Assembly: GCA_963702845.1 (NCBI GenBank)
Contig: OY969763.1
Span: 2,400,001-2,464,000 of the forward strand
From: an uncultured Verrucomicrobiae bacterium
GTDB lineage: Bacteria > Verrucomicrobiota > Verrucomicrobiia > Limisphaerales > Palsa-1400
Reading direction: 5' to 3'
Length of the DNA: 64,000 bases
Below, piece after piece: positions 1-10,889 of the stretch. How positions within the stretch are numbered: the first letter of the stretch is position 1; each line of letters starts with the position of its first letter. The position numbers were made by a program, and so were the translations under genes. The notes below the pieces were generated by a model. It did no database searches and was not told the origin of the DNA. It saw only the letters and a program-made list of their open reading frames with translations.

Positions 1-31
1 AGCTGGAGCATTTCAAAAGTTCGCAGGCATA

Positions 32-451
32 GTGCTTGTCTTTTGTGCTGTGCTAATGGTCGGTTGCCATAAAAAATCGTTCTCCCCTCAATCGCGGTTC
101 CTCGATAGTGACACGAGCGTTGTTCTGGTCGATGCATGGATACTCGATCATGCGCCACCGTTGTTCCAGGCGTTGGTCGAATACGAAGGGGCGAATCCGA
201 TTCAAAAATATGACATGCGCGCCATCTTACGCTCAATGGATGGCCGTAATGGAAGAGGAAATCTTTGGAACCATCCAGTTCCAGTTGCACCAGGGAAAGA
301 CGGGAAAGCGCGTGTGATTTGGGAATTTATCGATTTACCATCTGAAATAAAATCGATCAGCCTGCAAATTGATTTTACAGATAAACAAATCCACACGGTT
401 CAATCGCTCAAGTTTGACCTCCCGTCTCGCAGCCAACTTAAGACAAAGTAG
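32..451 (+). CDS. hypothetical lipoprotein (start may lie upstream of the window)
   Basis: 139 aa ORF with hydrophobic N-terminus and lipobox-like MVGC; no recognisable family. Confidence 0.45.
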   Translation: MLVFCAVLMVGCHKKSFSPQSRFLDSDTSVVLVDAWILDHAPPLFQALVEYEGANPIQKYDMRAILRSMDGRNGRGNLWNHPVPVAPGKDGKARVIWEFIDLPSEIKSISLQIDFTDKQIHTVQSLKFDLPSRSQLKTK

Positions 452-587
452 TATTGGCATTTGCCTGGAAGAATCGGTCGATGTGGAAATCGTCCTACCC
501 GGGATTGAATGCGCCTCATATCGTTTTCGTCTGCAACTGTGGACTTTTGCGTAACCGTTTTGTAGGATCACGTATCTATCCCTGTGC

Positions 588-3035
588 ATGTGTTGGATTG
601 CTGTTCGTAGTGCTGTTGTCGCCGCGCTTTTTTGCGCGACGCTCACGCTTTGCGCCGCGAAAGAGAACAATCAATCCGACAAAGGCATCGAGTTTTTTGA
701 GAAAAACATCCGGCCAGTGCTCGTGACGCAGTGTTACAAATGTCACAGCACAAAAAGTGTGAAGGTCAAAGGCGGACTCCTGGTCGATTCGCGCGATGGA
801 TTGTTGAAAGGCGGCACATCGGGTCCGGCCATCGTGCCGAAACAGCCGAAGAAAAGTCTATTGCTCAAAGCGGTGAGTTATTCGGACGCCGATTTGCAGA
901 TGCCGCCGAAGAACAAGTTGTCGGCGCAACAAATCAAAGATCTGGAAACGTGGATCAAAATGGGCGCTCCGAACCCACGTCATGCAACCGTCACCATAAC
1001 CCCCACCCCGCTCTCAACGAACCTTTGGTCGCTGAAACCAATCAGCAAACCAGCCCTGCCGAAAGTTCGTAATGCCGATTGGGCAAAAAGTCCCGTTGAC
1101 CTTTTCATTCTCGCGAAACTCGAAGACAAAGGTCTGACACCGGTCGCTTCTGCGACTAAACGAACGCTCATCCGGCGGGCCACGTTCGATCTGATCGGGC
1201 TTCCACCAACACCGGAAGAGATCGACGCGTTCTTAAAAGACAAGTCACCGCACGCATTCGAGCGCGTTGTAGACCGCCTCCTGGCGTCGCCGCATTATGG
1301 CGAGCGTTGGGGACGCCATTGGCTGGACCTGGTTCGTTACGCCGACACCTCCGGCTGCAACTCGGATTTTCCCGTGCCGTCCGCGTATCGTTATCGCAAC
1401 TACGTCATCGACAGCTTCAATTCCGACAAACCTTATCCCGAATTTATCCGCGAACAGATCGCGGGCGACTTACTCCCCGCAAAAAACGTCGAGCAGCGGA
1501 ACGAACACATTATTGCCACGGGTTATCTCGCGATTTCGCGCCGGTTCGGTTCGCGCGCCCAGGAAATGCATCTCACGCTCGAAGACACGATTGATAATCT
1601 CGGCAAGACGATGCTCGGCCTGAGCGTCGGTTGCGCGCGTTGTCACGACCACAAATTCGATCCCATCCCGACGCGCGATTACTACGCGCTCTATGGAATT
1701 TTCAACAGCACTCGCTACGCATTCCCTGGCACGGAAGTCTATCGACACCCGAAAAATTTCGTTCCGCTCAACGGTGGCACGAACATGGAGGAAATCGCGC
1801 AACACGAAACCGAGCTCAGCCAACTCGATGATGAGTTGGAAAAGCTTTCAGACGAAAAACGCGCGCTGCGCCGATTCGATAAGGCAAAGCATGACGACGA
1901 TAAAACTGAGGAAGCTACTCCCGAGCAAATGCAAAAGTTACTCGAGATCAAAGCGGCCATCGAGGACGTGCGCACGCGTCAGAAACTTTTGGAATCGGAG
2001 ATTCCCAATATCGACCGCGCCTACGCTGTTTCTGAAGGGACACCAGCGAACGCCAAAATTCAAATCAGAGGCATGCCATCTGACCCGGGCGCCGAAGCTC
2101 CGCGAGGTTTTCTGCAGGTGCTCGGTGGGCAAACAGTGCCGGCTGATGAAAAAGGAAGCGGGCGCCGTGAACTGGCTGAATGGTTGACCGCCACCCACAA
2201 TCCGCTGACATGGCGCGTGATGGCCAACCGCATTTGGGAATACCACTTTGGACGCGGGCTTGTGCAAAGCGCCAGCGACTTCGGCACACGAGGCAAACCG
2301 CCGACGCATCCGGAATTGCTCGACTATCTCGCGTCACGATTTTTAGAAAGCGGCGGCTCCATTAAACAGATGCATCGCCTCGTCATGCTGTCGCAGGTCT
2401 ATCAACTTTCTGCCGCCGAAAATGACCACGACTATGCAACGGATGTGAACAACGATTTTCTTTGGCGCTTCAACCGGCAACGACTCGAAGCCGAAGAAAT
2501 CCGCGACACCATTTTGGCGATCAGCGGTGCGCTGGATCTAACGCGCGGCGAGGGTCACCCTTTTCCGCCCGAAAGCGACTGGAAATACTCGCAGCACAAA
2601 CCGTTTGTTGCCGATTACGAATCGAACCGTCGCAGTGTTTACCTCATGCAACAACGGATTCGGCAGCAGCCCTTTTTAGCATTATTCGATGGAGCGGACG
2701 CCAACGCGACCACCCCCGAGCGGCCACTCAGCGCGAGTCCTCTCCAAGCGCTATTCCTGATGAACGATCCGTTTGTCTACGCGCAGGCCGACAATTTTGC
2801 CGTCCGGCTCGCCCTGGCATTCTCCAAAACCGCCGACCGTATCAACTACGCCTACCAACTTGCGTTCGGACGACCGGCCACACGCGCCGAAATTCGCGAA
2901 GCCCAAGCGTATCTCAAACAATGCGGCGTAGAATTAACTCAGGCCGGAACGCCCGTTGAGGAGCGATCGCGCGCGGCTTTGGCCAGTTTCGCGCGCGTGA
3001 TTTTCAGCAGCAACGAATTCTTTTTTGTCGAATGA
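588..3035 (+). CDS. PVC cytochrome c / DUF1549 (PSCyt2) / DUF1553 (PSD1) protein
   Basis: Signal peptide; FFEKNIRPVL..CYKCH; YGERWGRHWLDLVRYADT; CARCHDHKFDPI; PTHPELLDYLA; QALFLMN; ends SSNEFFFVE. Confidence 0.93.
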   Translation: MCWIAVRSAVVAALFCATLTLCAAKENNQSDKGIEFFEKNIRPVLVTQCYKCHSTKSVKVKGGLLVDSRDGLLKGGTSGPAIVPKQPKKSLLLKAVSYSDADLQMPPKNKLSAQQIKDLETWIKMGAPNPRHATVTITPTPLSTNLWSLKPISKPALPKVRNADWAKSPVDLFILAKLEDKGLTPVASATKRTLIRRATFDLIGLPPTPEEIDAFLKDKSPHAFERVVDRLLASPHYGERWGRHWLDLVRYADTSGCNSDFPVPSAYRYRNYVIDSFNSDKPYPEFIREQIAGDLLPAKNVEQRNEHIIATGYLAISRRFGSRAQEMHLTLEDTIDNLGKTMLGLSVGCARCHDHKFDPIPTRDYYALYGIFNSTRYAFPGTEVYRHPKNFVPLNGGTNMEEIAQHETELSQLDDELEKLSDEKRALRRFDKAKHDDDKTEEATPEQMQKLLEIKAAIEDVRTRQKLLESEIPNIDRAYAVSEGTPANAKIQIRGMPSDPGAEAPRGFLQVLGGQTVPADEKGSGRRELAEWLTATHNPLTWRVMANRIWEYHFGRGLVQSASDFGTRGKPPTHPELLDYLASRFLESGGSIKQMHRLVMLSQVYQLSAAENDHDYATDVNNDFLWRFNRQRLEAEEIRDTILAISGALDLTRGEGHPFPPESDWKYSQHKPFVADYESNRRSVYLMQQRIRQQPFLALFDGADANATTPERPLSASPLQALFLMNDPFVYAQADNFAVRLALAFSKTADRINYAYQLAFGRPATRAEIREAQAYLKQCGVELTQAGTPVEERSRAALASFARVIFSSNEFFFVE

Positions 3036-4411
3036 TTCACTCACCTTATTCCGTCAGTCGTCGACACATGATTCGCTCGCTCGTGAGTGGCTCAATTTTG
3101 TTGCCGGGAATCTTGTCACAACTGCTCGCGCAGGATGCCGACGATGATAGCCCGCTCGCGCCGCGCACACCGCATTTTCCCGCGCGCGCCAAACGCGTCA
3201 TCTTCCTCTACATGTCTGGAGGCACGTCGCACATCGATACGTTCGATCCAAAACCAAAGCTCATTGCCAGTCACGCCCAGCACGTTGATAGCAAGAAACC
3301 AGCGGGCCCGCGTTACCTTGCGCCGCTGTGGGATTTTAAACCGGGCGGCAAATGCGGCATTCAAGTCAGCGACCTGTTTCCCAACATCCGCGAGTGCGTG
3401 GATGACATTTGTCTTATTCGTTCGATGCACGGTGATGCCGGAGACCATTTTCAAGCGACACTCGGAATTCATACCGGTTCAGTGACGGTGAAGCGTCCGA
3501 GCCTTGGTTCCTGGGTAAGCTACGGCCTCGGAACCGAAAACCAGAATCTGCCGTCCTTCGTTGTGCTCGCCCCGGATTTGCCATACGCCGGCAGCCAGGT
3601 CTGGAGTTCGGATTTTCTGCCCGGCTACCATCAAGGCACCCGCATCACCAACGGACCCGAACCTATCCCCGACTTAAATCGCCGCGCGCCTTCCAAAGCG
3701 ATTCAGGAACTTGAGCTTTCTTTGATCGACCGTTTCAATCGCAAACATCAACAGACGCGACCCACGGATAATCTCCTCGCAGCTCGATTGAAATCGTTCG
3801 AAACCGCTTACGGCATGCAACGCGCCATGCCTGAGGTGATGGATTTGAGCAAAGAAACCGACGCGACGCTCAATCTCTATGGATTGGAACGCGGCAGCAC
3901 CAAAGGTTTCGGCTGGCAATGTTTGGTCGCGCGACGCATGGCCGAGCGCGGCGTGCGTTTTATTGAGTTGATCGACGTTGGTTCGCACGACAATTGGGAC
4001 GCGCATGCTGACATGAAATCGCACGAGCCCCTGGCTCAAAATGTCGATAAGCCGATTGCCGGTCTGCTGCGCGATTTGAAATCACGCGGCATGCTTGACG
4101 ACACGTTGGTGGTGTGGACAACTGAGTTCGGTCGCACCCCTGCCAGCGAAGGCCAGAAAGGTCGCGGACATCACAACCGCGCATTCACATCGTGGCTGGC
4201 GGGAGGCGGTGTGAAGGGCGGTTATGTTTACGGTAAAAGCGATGACTACGGCGATGGCATCGCGGAAAATCCCGTTCACACGCACGACTTTCATGCGACG
4301 ATTTTGCATCTACTCGGCTTCGACCATACGAAGCTGACCTTCCGGCACGCGGGCCGCGATTTTCGCCTCACGGATGTGGCGGGGAATGTGATCAAAGATC
4401 TGATTGCCTAG
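3032..4411 (+). CDS. DUF1501 family protein (Tat-like signal)
   Basis: SRRHMI leader; AKRVIFLYMSGGTSHIDTFDPKP; TEFGRTP; DFRLTDVAGNVI; ATGA overlap with upstream gene. Confidence 0.93.
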   Translation: MIHSPYSVSRRHMIRSLVSGSILLPGILSQLLAQDADDDSPLAPRTPHFPARAKRVIFLYMSGGTSHIDTFDPKPKLIASHAQHVDSKKPAGPRYLAPLWDFKPGGKCGIQVSDLFPNIRECVDDICLIRSMHGDAGDHFQATLGIHTGSVTVKRPSLGSWVSYGLGTENQNLPSFVVLAPDLPYAGSQVWSSDFLPGYHQGTRITNGPEPIPDLNRRAPSKAIQELELSLIDRFNRKHQQTRPTDNLLAARLKSFETAYGMQRAMPEVMDLSKETDATLNLYGLERGSTKGFGWQCLVARRMAERGVRFIELIDVGSHDNWDAHADMKSHEPLAQNVDKPIAGLLRDLKSRGMLDDTLVVWTTEFGRTPASEGQKGRGHHNRAFTSWLAGGGVKGGYVYGKSDDYGDGIAENPVHTHDFHATILHLLGFDHTKLTFRHAGRDFRLTDVAGNVIKDLIA

Positions 4412-4435
4412 TCAACTAGCTCAGTCAAAAGAAGA

Positions 4436-4460
4436 AGAGCCCTCGGTTTTCGAAGGCTCT
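4436..4460 (-). terminator. possible intrinsic terminator between convergent genes
   Basis: AGAGCC-CTCG-GTTTT-CGAA-GGCTCT hairpin with an A-rich tract on its left. Confidence 0.4.
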
Positions 4461-4567
4461 GGCAGGTGTCAGAGGGATAGTGCGTTTAGGATTCAGGTTT
4501 GATTAACCCTTGGCCTTACGCGGCTCGTTAATAATAGAAACACCGCGGTTTGGAAAAGTTTCGCGGA

Positions 4568-5548
4568 CTATTTCGCGAGATGGCAGGCAGCCCAGTGACC
4601 GGTCGAAAGTTGCCGCAGTTCAGGCACTTCTGTTTGACACTGCGACTGAGCAATTGGACAGCGCGGATGAAATGGACATCCGGAGGGCGGATTGATTGGC
4701 GATGGGATTTCACCGGCTAACACGATGCGCGCGCGCTTGGCGTCGGGATCTACAACCGGCACCGCAGAAATGAGCGCCTGGGTATACGGATGCTTCGGAC
4801 TGCGCACGACGCTTTTGGCCGGGCCGAGTTCTACCACGCGGCCGAGATACATCACCATGATGCGTTGACTGATGTGTTCGACGACGGCAAGGTCGTGCGC
4901 AACGAACAAGAAGGCGACGCCTCGCTCGCGTTGAAGGTCTTGTAAAAGATTGATGATTTGGGCTTGAACGGAAACGTCGAGCGCGCTGACGGGTTCGTCA
5001 CAAACGATCAGCTCAGGTTCAACCGCGAGCGCGCGAGCGATGCCGATGCGTTGACGTTGGCCGCCGCTGAATTCGTGTGGGTAACGTTGAGCGTGGATCG
5101 GGTCGAGTCCAACAGAGGTGAGTAGTTGCTCGATGCGTTTATTGCGATCGCCGTTTTGAGCAAGGCGATGGATATCCAATGCTTCCCCGATAATTTCACC
5201 AACCGTCATGCGCGGGTTAAGCGAATTGTACGGGTCCTGGAAAATCATCTGGAACTTGCGACGCTTCGCGCGTAGAGCGGCACCTTCGAGGTCGGCGATG
5301 TTTTGGCCGTCCAAAAAGATTTCGCCGGATGTCGGCTGGATTAATTTGACGATGGCACGACCGAGGGTCGTTTTGCCACAGCCGCTTTCGCCGACGAGTC
5401 CGAGAGTTTCGCCTGGGGCAACGTCGAAGCTGACGCCGTCCACAGCTTTGACGAATTGTTTCGTCTTACTGAACATCCCCTGCCGCACGGGAAAATGGAC
5501 CTTCAGGTCACGGACGCTCAAACCCGCTTCGTCGCCAACATTCATCAA
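4568..5548 (-). CDS. oppF: oligopeptide/dipeptide ABC transporter ATP-binding protein (OppF/AppF type)
   Basis: Walker [34 protein letters not shown]-terminal [16 protein letters not shown]. Confidence 0.9.
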   Translation of the reverse strand: MMNVGDEAGLSVRDLKVHFPVRQGMFSKTKQFVKAVDGVSFDVAPGETLGLVGESGCGKTTLGRAIVKLIQPTSGEIFLDGQNIADLEGAALRAKRRKFQMIFQDPYNSLNPRMTVGEIIGEALDIHRLAQNGDRNKRIEQLLTSVGLDPIHAQRYPHEFSGGQRQRIGIARALAVEPELIVCDEPVSALDVSVQAQIINLLQDLQRERGVAFLFVAHDLAVVEHISQRIMVMYLGRVVELGPAKSVVRSPKHPYTQALISAVPVVDPDAKRARIVLAGEIPSPINPPSGCPFHPRCPIAQSQCQTEVPELRQLSTGHWAACHLAK

Positions 5549-7275
5549 TTGAGTTTTTCGAGTTCGGTGCTGATTAGCTGGACCAACGGTTTCACCGTCT
5601 CACGGCTGAAATCAAAACGGCAGCCGGCCGCCTCGAACAACTCGGGCAATGGACGCGAACCGCCGAGTGCGAGACCGCGATGGTATTCGCTCAAGGCTTT
5701 CGCGCGGTCTTTGCGCGAGTTGGCCCAGATCTGTAATGCGCCGAGCTGTGCGATGCCGTATTCCACGTAGTAAAACGGATGCAGGAAAATGTGGAGTTGG
5801 CGATGCCACAAGTTCGCGCGCGCTTTTTCGTAACCGCTCCAATCGACGTCGCCGCCAAAGCGGTCCATCAAATCCATCCAGGCTTTCTGACGTTGATCGC
5901 GGGTGTGGCCGGGATGCGAGTAGATCCAATGTTGGAACGCATCGACGGTCGCGATCCACGGGAAGATTTCCACAATGCCCTCGAGATGATCGCGGCGGGC
6001 GCGACGCGCGTCGTTGGCATTGTAAAACGCTTCAATGAATTCGTTGCCGAGCAATTCCATGCTCATCGACGCGACTTCGCAGAATTCGATTGGGGCGCTG
6101 CGATATGGATAAATATCTTCTTCCTTTGTCGCGAGCGCGTGGAAAGCGTGGCCGGCTTCGTGCAAAATTGTTTCGACGTCGCGTTGGACGCCGATGGCAT
6201 TCATGAAGATGAACGGCAGGCGCGCTTCGTTCAGCGTCGATTGATAGCCGCCGGGCGCTTTGCCTTTGCGATTATCCAGGTCGAGCAAGCACTTGTTGTT
6301 CATGAGCGCGAACTCGTCGGCGAGTTGTTTGTCGACTTGATTGAAAATTATTTGGGTCTTGTCGACCATCGTTTCGACTTTTTCAAATGGCCGAAGCGCC
6401 GGACGATTCAACGCGTCGACAGCGAGGTCCCACGGGCGGAGTTTCTCGAGGCCGAGTTGTTTGCGGCGCTCGGCCTGGAGTGTTTTGAGAACGGGCATGA
6501 CCTCTTTCTCAATTGCTTCGTGGAACTTCAGGCAATCCTCGGGCGTATAGTCGAAACGGCCTTTGGCGCGGAACGCGTAATCGAGATAGTTTTTGAACCC
6601 GGCGTTCTTGGCGATTTGTTCGCGGATTTTGAGGAGTTGATCGAAGATCTCTTCGCACTTCTCCGCTTCCTGGAGACGACGGTTGGCGACCAGTTCCCAC
6701 GCCTCTTTGCGCAAAGGACGATCAGGTTCTTCTAAATAGCGCCCCATCTGCACAAGCGTCTGTTCCTTGCCTTGGAATTGGACGGTCAACGAACCAATGA
6801 GCTTTTGGTATTGTTGCGAGAGCTTGGCTTCTTCGGTTTCGAGCGGGACGTTTTCGGGACGATAGAGTTCGACGCTGACTTTGGTGTCGCGATCGAAAAC
6901 GAGGTAGCGCTCTTTCGGCAAATCTTTGCGCGCGGGACTGGCGAGATAGAGCTCGTTGAGCTTGAAACGGCGCGGCTTGATCTCGGGTTCGATGTGTTCG
7001 ACGAAATGGAGGTAAGCCTTTTCCGCGTCCGCGTTATCCGTGTGGCACGTCATGGCGATGTAACGGCGCGACGCTTCTTCATCGAGCGCGGCGAATAATT
7101 CGCTGCTATCGACCAGCCACTGTTCCAACTGCGGCACGGTTTTAGCGGATTGGATTTGAGATTCGAGTTCGTCGAACAACGGCGCGATCTGTTTCCAGTC
7201 GCCGAGATCGATTTCCTTCGGGACGAAAGAACGTGGCCGATATGGCGGCAAATTTTCGAAAGGCAACAAATTCAT
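5545..7275 (-). CDS. M3 family oligoendopeptidase (PepF-like)
   Basis: HEAGH zinc motif; [29 protein letters not shown]; start placed at ATG 7275 to avoid overlap with the symporter. Confidence 0.92.
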   Translation of the reverse strand: MNLLPFENLPPYRPRSFVPKEIDLGDWKQIAPLFDELESQIQSAKTVPQLEQWLVDSSELFAALDEEASRRYIAMTCHTDNADAEKAYLHFVEHIEPEIKPRRFKLNELYLASPARKDLPKERYLVFDRDTKVSVELYRPENVPLETEEAKLSQQYQKLIGSLTVQFQGKEQTLVQMGRYLEEPDRPLRKEAWELVANRRLQEAEKCEEIFDQLLKIREQIAKNAGFKNYLDYAFRAKGRFDYTPEDCLKFHEAIEKEVMPVLKTLQAERRKQLGLEKLRPWDLAVDALNRPALRPFEKVETMVDKTQIIFNQVDKQLADEFALMNNKCLLDLDNRKGKAPGGYQSTLNEARLPFIFMNAIGVQRDVETILHEAGHAFHALATKEEDIYPYRSAPIEFCEVASMSMELLGNEFIEAFYNANDARRARRDHLEGIVEIFPWIATVDAFQHWIYSHPGHTRDQRQKAWMDLMDRFGGDVDWSGYEKARANLWHRQLHIFLHPFYYVEYGIAQLGALQIWANSRKDRAKALSEYHRGLALGGSRPLPELFEAAGCRFDFSRETVKPLVQLISTELEKLN

Positions 7276-7289
7276 AGGCGTAAGATAAG

Positions 7290-9134
7290 TTAAACGGATG
7301 CAGTTGTCGCCTTGGAAACTTTTCCGGGCGCAATCGGCGCCGCAGTCCACAAACGATTGACGGTCCAGACCAAAATTGCGGCGGTCACGACTGCGATGCA
7401 CATCAAGCCGATGGCGGCATTAGTGCGGCCGTAAAGGTAATTACCGATTGCAAACAACGCGGACCAAATCAGTGCGCAGCCGGAGCTCCAGCCAATCATC
7501 GCGAGCGGGATGTTTTCGCCACTGCTGGATTTGGGCAGGCCAGCTTGTTTGCGGATGATTTCCCAGCCGGGCCCGAACGGTCGGACGCGTTTGTAGAAGT
7601 CGATGAGGATGGCGCGGTCGGTTTGCGGGCCGACGAGCGCAGTGACAACCCAGCAAACAGTAGTGACCATGACGGTGATGAGGAGGGCGTGATCGGTGCT
7701 GAAGCTGATTCCATTTTTGTTGAGGATCAGCAAAGTGATGGATGCGCCGAACGAACTGATCATCGCAACGACTTCGCACCATGCAGTGATGCGCCACCAG
7801 AACCATCGGAGTAAATAAAGCAAGCCTGTGCCGGCGCCGACCTGGAGCATGATATCGAAACTGTTTTTAGCACTGTCCATGAGATACACGACGGCCGATG
7901 AGAACAGGAACAGCACGATCGTAGCAACGCGCGCGGTCATGACGTAATGCTTTTCGGATGCGCCGGGTTTGACGAAGCGTTGATAGAAATCGTGCACCAG
8001 ATAGGACGCGCCCCAATTCAGGAGCGTGAGAAGCGTGGATGAGTTCGCGGCGATGAGACCGCCAACCATGAGGCCGACGAAACCGACCGGCAGAAATTTC
8101 AGCATCGCAGGATAAGCGATGTCGTGGCCGAGCAACGCGGGGTCGAGATTCGGGAAGGCGGCTTTGATGTCGGACAGGTTTGGATAAACGATGAGCGAGC
8201 AGAGCGCAACGAGTATCCAAGGCCAGGGGCGCAGGATGTAATGGGCGATGTTGAAAAACAGAACTGCGCCGAGCGAATCTTTTTCGGACTTGGACGCGAG
8301 CATGCGTTGGGCGATGAAGCTTCCCCAACCCGGTTCGGAACCGGGATACCACACGGCCCACCATTGGACGGTGAGCGGCATGATGAACACGGCGACGGCA
8401 ATGTCCCAGTTGTTGGTGAAGTCGGGGAGAATGTTCAGGTAGTGCAAGGTGGTCTTACCGTCGGGCGCGGTCATCGGTCCGGAAAGTTTGTCGACGAGGA
8501 CGTGCATGCCGCCGACGTGTTTAACGGCGAAGTACGCGGCTGCAACCACGGCGGTCATCTTGATAAAGAACTGAATCATGTCGATGACGAGCGCGCCCCA
8601 TAGACCGGAGTAAGTTGCGAACACGACATTCAGAACGCCGACGAACAGGAGTGTTTCCCAACGTGGCAAACCGAAGAGGACGTTGGCGATCTTGCAGGCG
8701 GCCAGATTGACGGACGCGATGATGATGGAGTTGAAAAACAGCCCGAGATAAATAGCGCGAAAGCCGCGGACGAAGGTGGCGGCTTTGCCAGAGTAACGGA
8801 TTTCGTAGAACTCGAGATCCGTCATGACTTCGGACCGACGCCACAAGCGAGCGTAGAAAAAGACGGTGGCAACACCAGTGATGGCGAAGGCCCACCAGCA
8901 CCAGTTTCCGGCCACGCCGTTTTTACGAACGATGTCCGTGACGAGATTTGGTGTGTCGCTGCTGAAAGTGGTTGCGACCATGGAAAGCCCGGCGAGCCAC
9001 CACGGCACGCTGCGGCCCGAAACGAAAAATTCGGACATGCTCTTCCCTGCCCTTTTGCCGAAGAACAAAGCCGGCACGAAGCAGACGAGCAAGCTCGCGA
9101 TGATGATTATCCAATCTATAAATTGCAGGCGCAT
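7290..9134 (-). CDS. sodium:solute symporter family protein
   Basis: FFVSGRSVPWWLAGLSMVATTFSSDTP; many TM helices; LNWGASYLVHDFY. Confidence 0.9.
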   Translation of the reverse strand: MRLQFIDWIIIIASLLVCFVPALFFGKRAGKSMSEFFVSGRSVPWWLAGLSMVATTFSSDTPNLVTDIVRKNGVAGNWCWWAFAITGVATVFFYARLWRRSEVMTDLEFYEIRYSGKAATFVRGFRAIYLGLFFNSIIIASVNLAACKIANVLFGLPRWETLLFVGVLNVVFATYSGLWGALVIDMIQFFIKMTAVVAAAYFAVKHVGGMHVLVDKLSGPMTAPDGKTTLHYLNILPDFTNNWDIAVAVFIMPLTVQWWAVWYPGSEPGWGSFIAQRMLASKSEKDSLGAVLFFNIAHYILRPWPWILVALCSLIVYPNLSDIKAAFPNLDPALLGHDIAYPAMLKFLPVGFVGLMVGGLIAANSSTLLTLLNWGASYLVHDFYQRFVKPGASEKHYVMTARVATIVLFLFSSAVVYLMDSAKNSFDIMLQVGAGTGLLYLLRWFWWRITAWCEVVAMISSFGASITLLILNKNGISFSTDHALLITVMVTTVCWVVTALVGPQTDRAILIDFYKRVRPFGPGWEIIRKQAGLPKSSSGENIPLAMIGWSSGCALIWSALFAIGNYLYGRTNAAIGLMCIAVVTAAILVWTVNRLWTAAPIAPGKVSKATTASV

Positions 9135-9500
9135 GGATTTGGGTGATTTAACTGGAAATGGTGGATGGGTTCAACTGTGGAGCGTGGCGTTCATGTCCGT
9201 ATTTTCAAGTTGTTCAGGTGTATTCATAGGTTTGGTAAAAATATTTTTTAGGGTTTTAGTGGACGCAGGTGGTCGTTGCTGGACGAAATTGGATGTTAAT
9301 GGGCGAAAGCGGGCATCCCCTTTGGTCGAAATTGGACGAAATTGGGCAGGCGTGGGTCGCCAGCAAGCCGGAGTCACCACCGACAAATCATTGTCGTGGC
9401 TCGCTTGATTCAGTTCGGGAATCCCCGCGTTGTCTTTATGTTGCTTGTTTCGCATAACGTGACGGATGATGCCATAAAGGGGCTACTCGTCAAAAACTGT

Positions 9501-9629
9501 AGGGAAAGGAGGGAAACCAGGGAAAGAAACAGCACTTTTTCTAACCACCAAGTCACCAAGGCACAAAGATTGCTAGCCACGAATCGAACACTGATCGGCA
9601 AAAACCACAGAGACACAGAGGCACAGAGA
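9501..9629 (+). repeat. cluster of short tandem triads (8-11 bp units)
   Basis: AGGGAAAnn x3 (9501-9527); CACCAAGT/CACCAAGG/CACAAAGA (9546-9569); CACAGAGA/CACAGAGG/CACAGAGA (9606-9629). Confidence 0.75.
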
Positions 9630-9796
9630 GTTGCCGGAAAACACGCACTGATATGAGCTCTGAGGTTCCTTTGCTTGACTGTCCATAGAATATGTTCAGG
9701 GTAATGCAAGAGGCCGGTAAACTTGGAAATGCGCTAATAAGCTTATCAGGTCAAATCGGCATAATAATCGATGATAAAACGCCTACACGCACCGCG

Positions 9797-10240
9797 ATGA
9801 GCAAGCCCAATCTCATCGCGATAGAACACGACGACTATCATGCCAAACACATTGGCACCCTGCCAGACGGTCGCCAGTTCTTCCTCACTAATCCGTTTGT
9901 CCCAGCGATGGGCGGCGATGCGGGCCGGGAGTTCGTCGCGTTGTATCTCTTCGACAAGCATGGACGCTTGATTGAAGCTCGGATTGATGACCTGGTTACG
10001 CGCGCAGAGTTGAACGAGCAGCGTGCTCGCAGCACGTTCGACCAGCGGCTCGCGGAGATTGGGCCGATTGAGTATGGCCGCATTGAAGTGCAGCCGTTCG
10101 ATGTTGTGAGGTTCGGCACGACGTTCGGTCTCGTGCCACGCTCTCCCGAGGAGGACCATGACGCGTGGGCGGTCGAAGCGCAGCCGGGAAATTACATGGC
10201 TTTCTTCGAGCCTTGGGACAGTGGAGACTATGATACCTGA
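9797..10240 (+). CDS. hypothetical acidic protein
   Basis: Protein-like ORF from MSKPNLIAIEHDDYH to FFEPWDSGDYDT; ATG 9797 preferred over the longer ORF start. Confidence 0.7.
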   Translation: MSKPNLIAIEHDDYHAKHIGTLPDGRQFFLTNPFVPAMGGDAGREFVALYLFDKHGRLIEARIDDLVTRAELNEQRARSTFDQRLAEIGPIEYGRIEVQPFDVVRFGTTFGLVPRSPEEDHDAWAVEAQPGNYMAFFEPWDSGDYDT

Positions 10241-10275
10241 CGCCGCTGAGCTGAACGTGAGGCTTCAATCGAGTT

Positions 10276-10707
10276 ATGAACCAACTACCCCCAATACCAA
10301 GAGACCAACGCAAAATTGACGCGGAACATTTGAAGCTGCTTTCGATATTCCACTTCGTTGGGGCGGGCCTGGCTCTCGTTGGTTTATTGTTCCTTGTTGC
10401 GCATTTTGCGCTGTTTCACGCTTTCTTTGCTAACCCGAAAATGTGGGAGAACCACAAACAGGGTCCGCCGCCAGCAGAGTTGTTTGCGGTATTCAAATGG
10501 TTCTACCTGATCGTTGCGATTTGGTTTGTTGGTTCCGGTATTCTGAACCTGCTTTCAGCTTTGTTCATTCGCGCAAGAAAGCACCGAACATTTTCGCTGA
10601 TTGTTTCGGGAATCAATTGCTTACACGTACCGCTTGGGACGGTGCTTGGCGTATTCACGATAATCGTCCTCATCCGTGAATCGGTTCGAGAATTATATGA
10701 AGTTTGA
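10276..10707 (+). CDS. hypothetical membrane protein
   Basis: DAEHLKLLSIFHFV; several TM segments; GINCLHVPLGTVLGVFTIIVL..SVRELY. Confidence 0.8.
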   Translation: MNQLPPIPRDQRKIDAEHLKLLSIFHFVGAGLALVGLLFLVAHFALFHAFFANPKMWENHKQGPPPAELFAVFKWFYLIVAIWFVGSGILNLLSALFIRARKHRTFSLIVSGINCLHVPLGTVLGVFTIIVLIRESVRELYEV

Positions 10708-10823
10708 CAAAGTTGCGCCTAACGAGAGCGATGCCGAGTTAATTACCAGTGGCCGGCGAACAAGGACATTTTAACTCGTTCGTCGCCGCTTCTCGAAAGT
10801 GAAACTTCGTATATTGGGTTTTG

Positions 10824-10889
10824 CCCAGGGAAGCACCCCACTGCCCTCTGCATCCCCGGGCTGAGCGACTAAACCCCTTTGGGGGTTTA
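10824..10889. repeat. REP-like palindromic element
   Basis: CCCAGGG...CCCCGGGCT followed by hairpin TAAACCCC-TTTG-GGGGTTTA (10870-10889). Confidence 0.5.

Noticed and set aside
588..4411. DUF1549/DUF1553-DUF1501 pair as a novel system
   Set aside because: Function is unknown, but it is a well-known, highly expanded PVC gene pair and nothing distinctive is visible here
5779..6735. 318 aa plus-strand ORF, and similar long ORFs at 29711-30571, 35407-36261 and 17560-18297
   Set aside because: Antisense shadows of well-supported genes, expected in GC-rich coding DNA
7276..7401. N-terminal extension of the M3 peptidase ORF
   Set aside because: Overlaps the symporter 3' end; ATG 7275 fits operon spacing better
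9171..9455. 94 aa ORF upstream of the symporter
   Set aside because: No family features and it overlaps low-complexity repeats; coding status unsupported
9501..9629. CRISPR array
   Set aside because: Units are 8-11 bp with no constant repeat-spacer structure, and no cas genes are present
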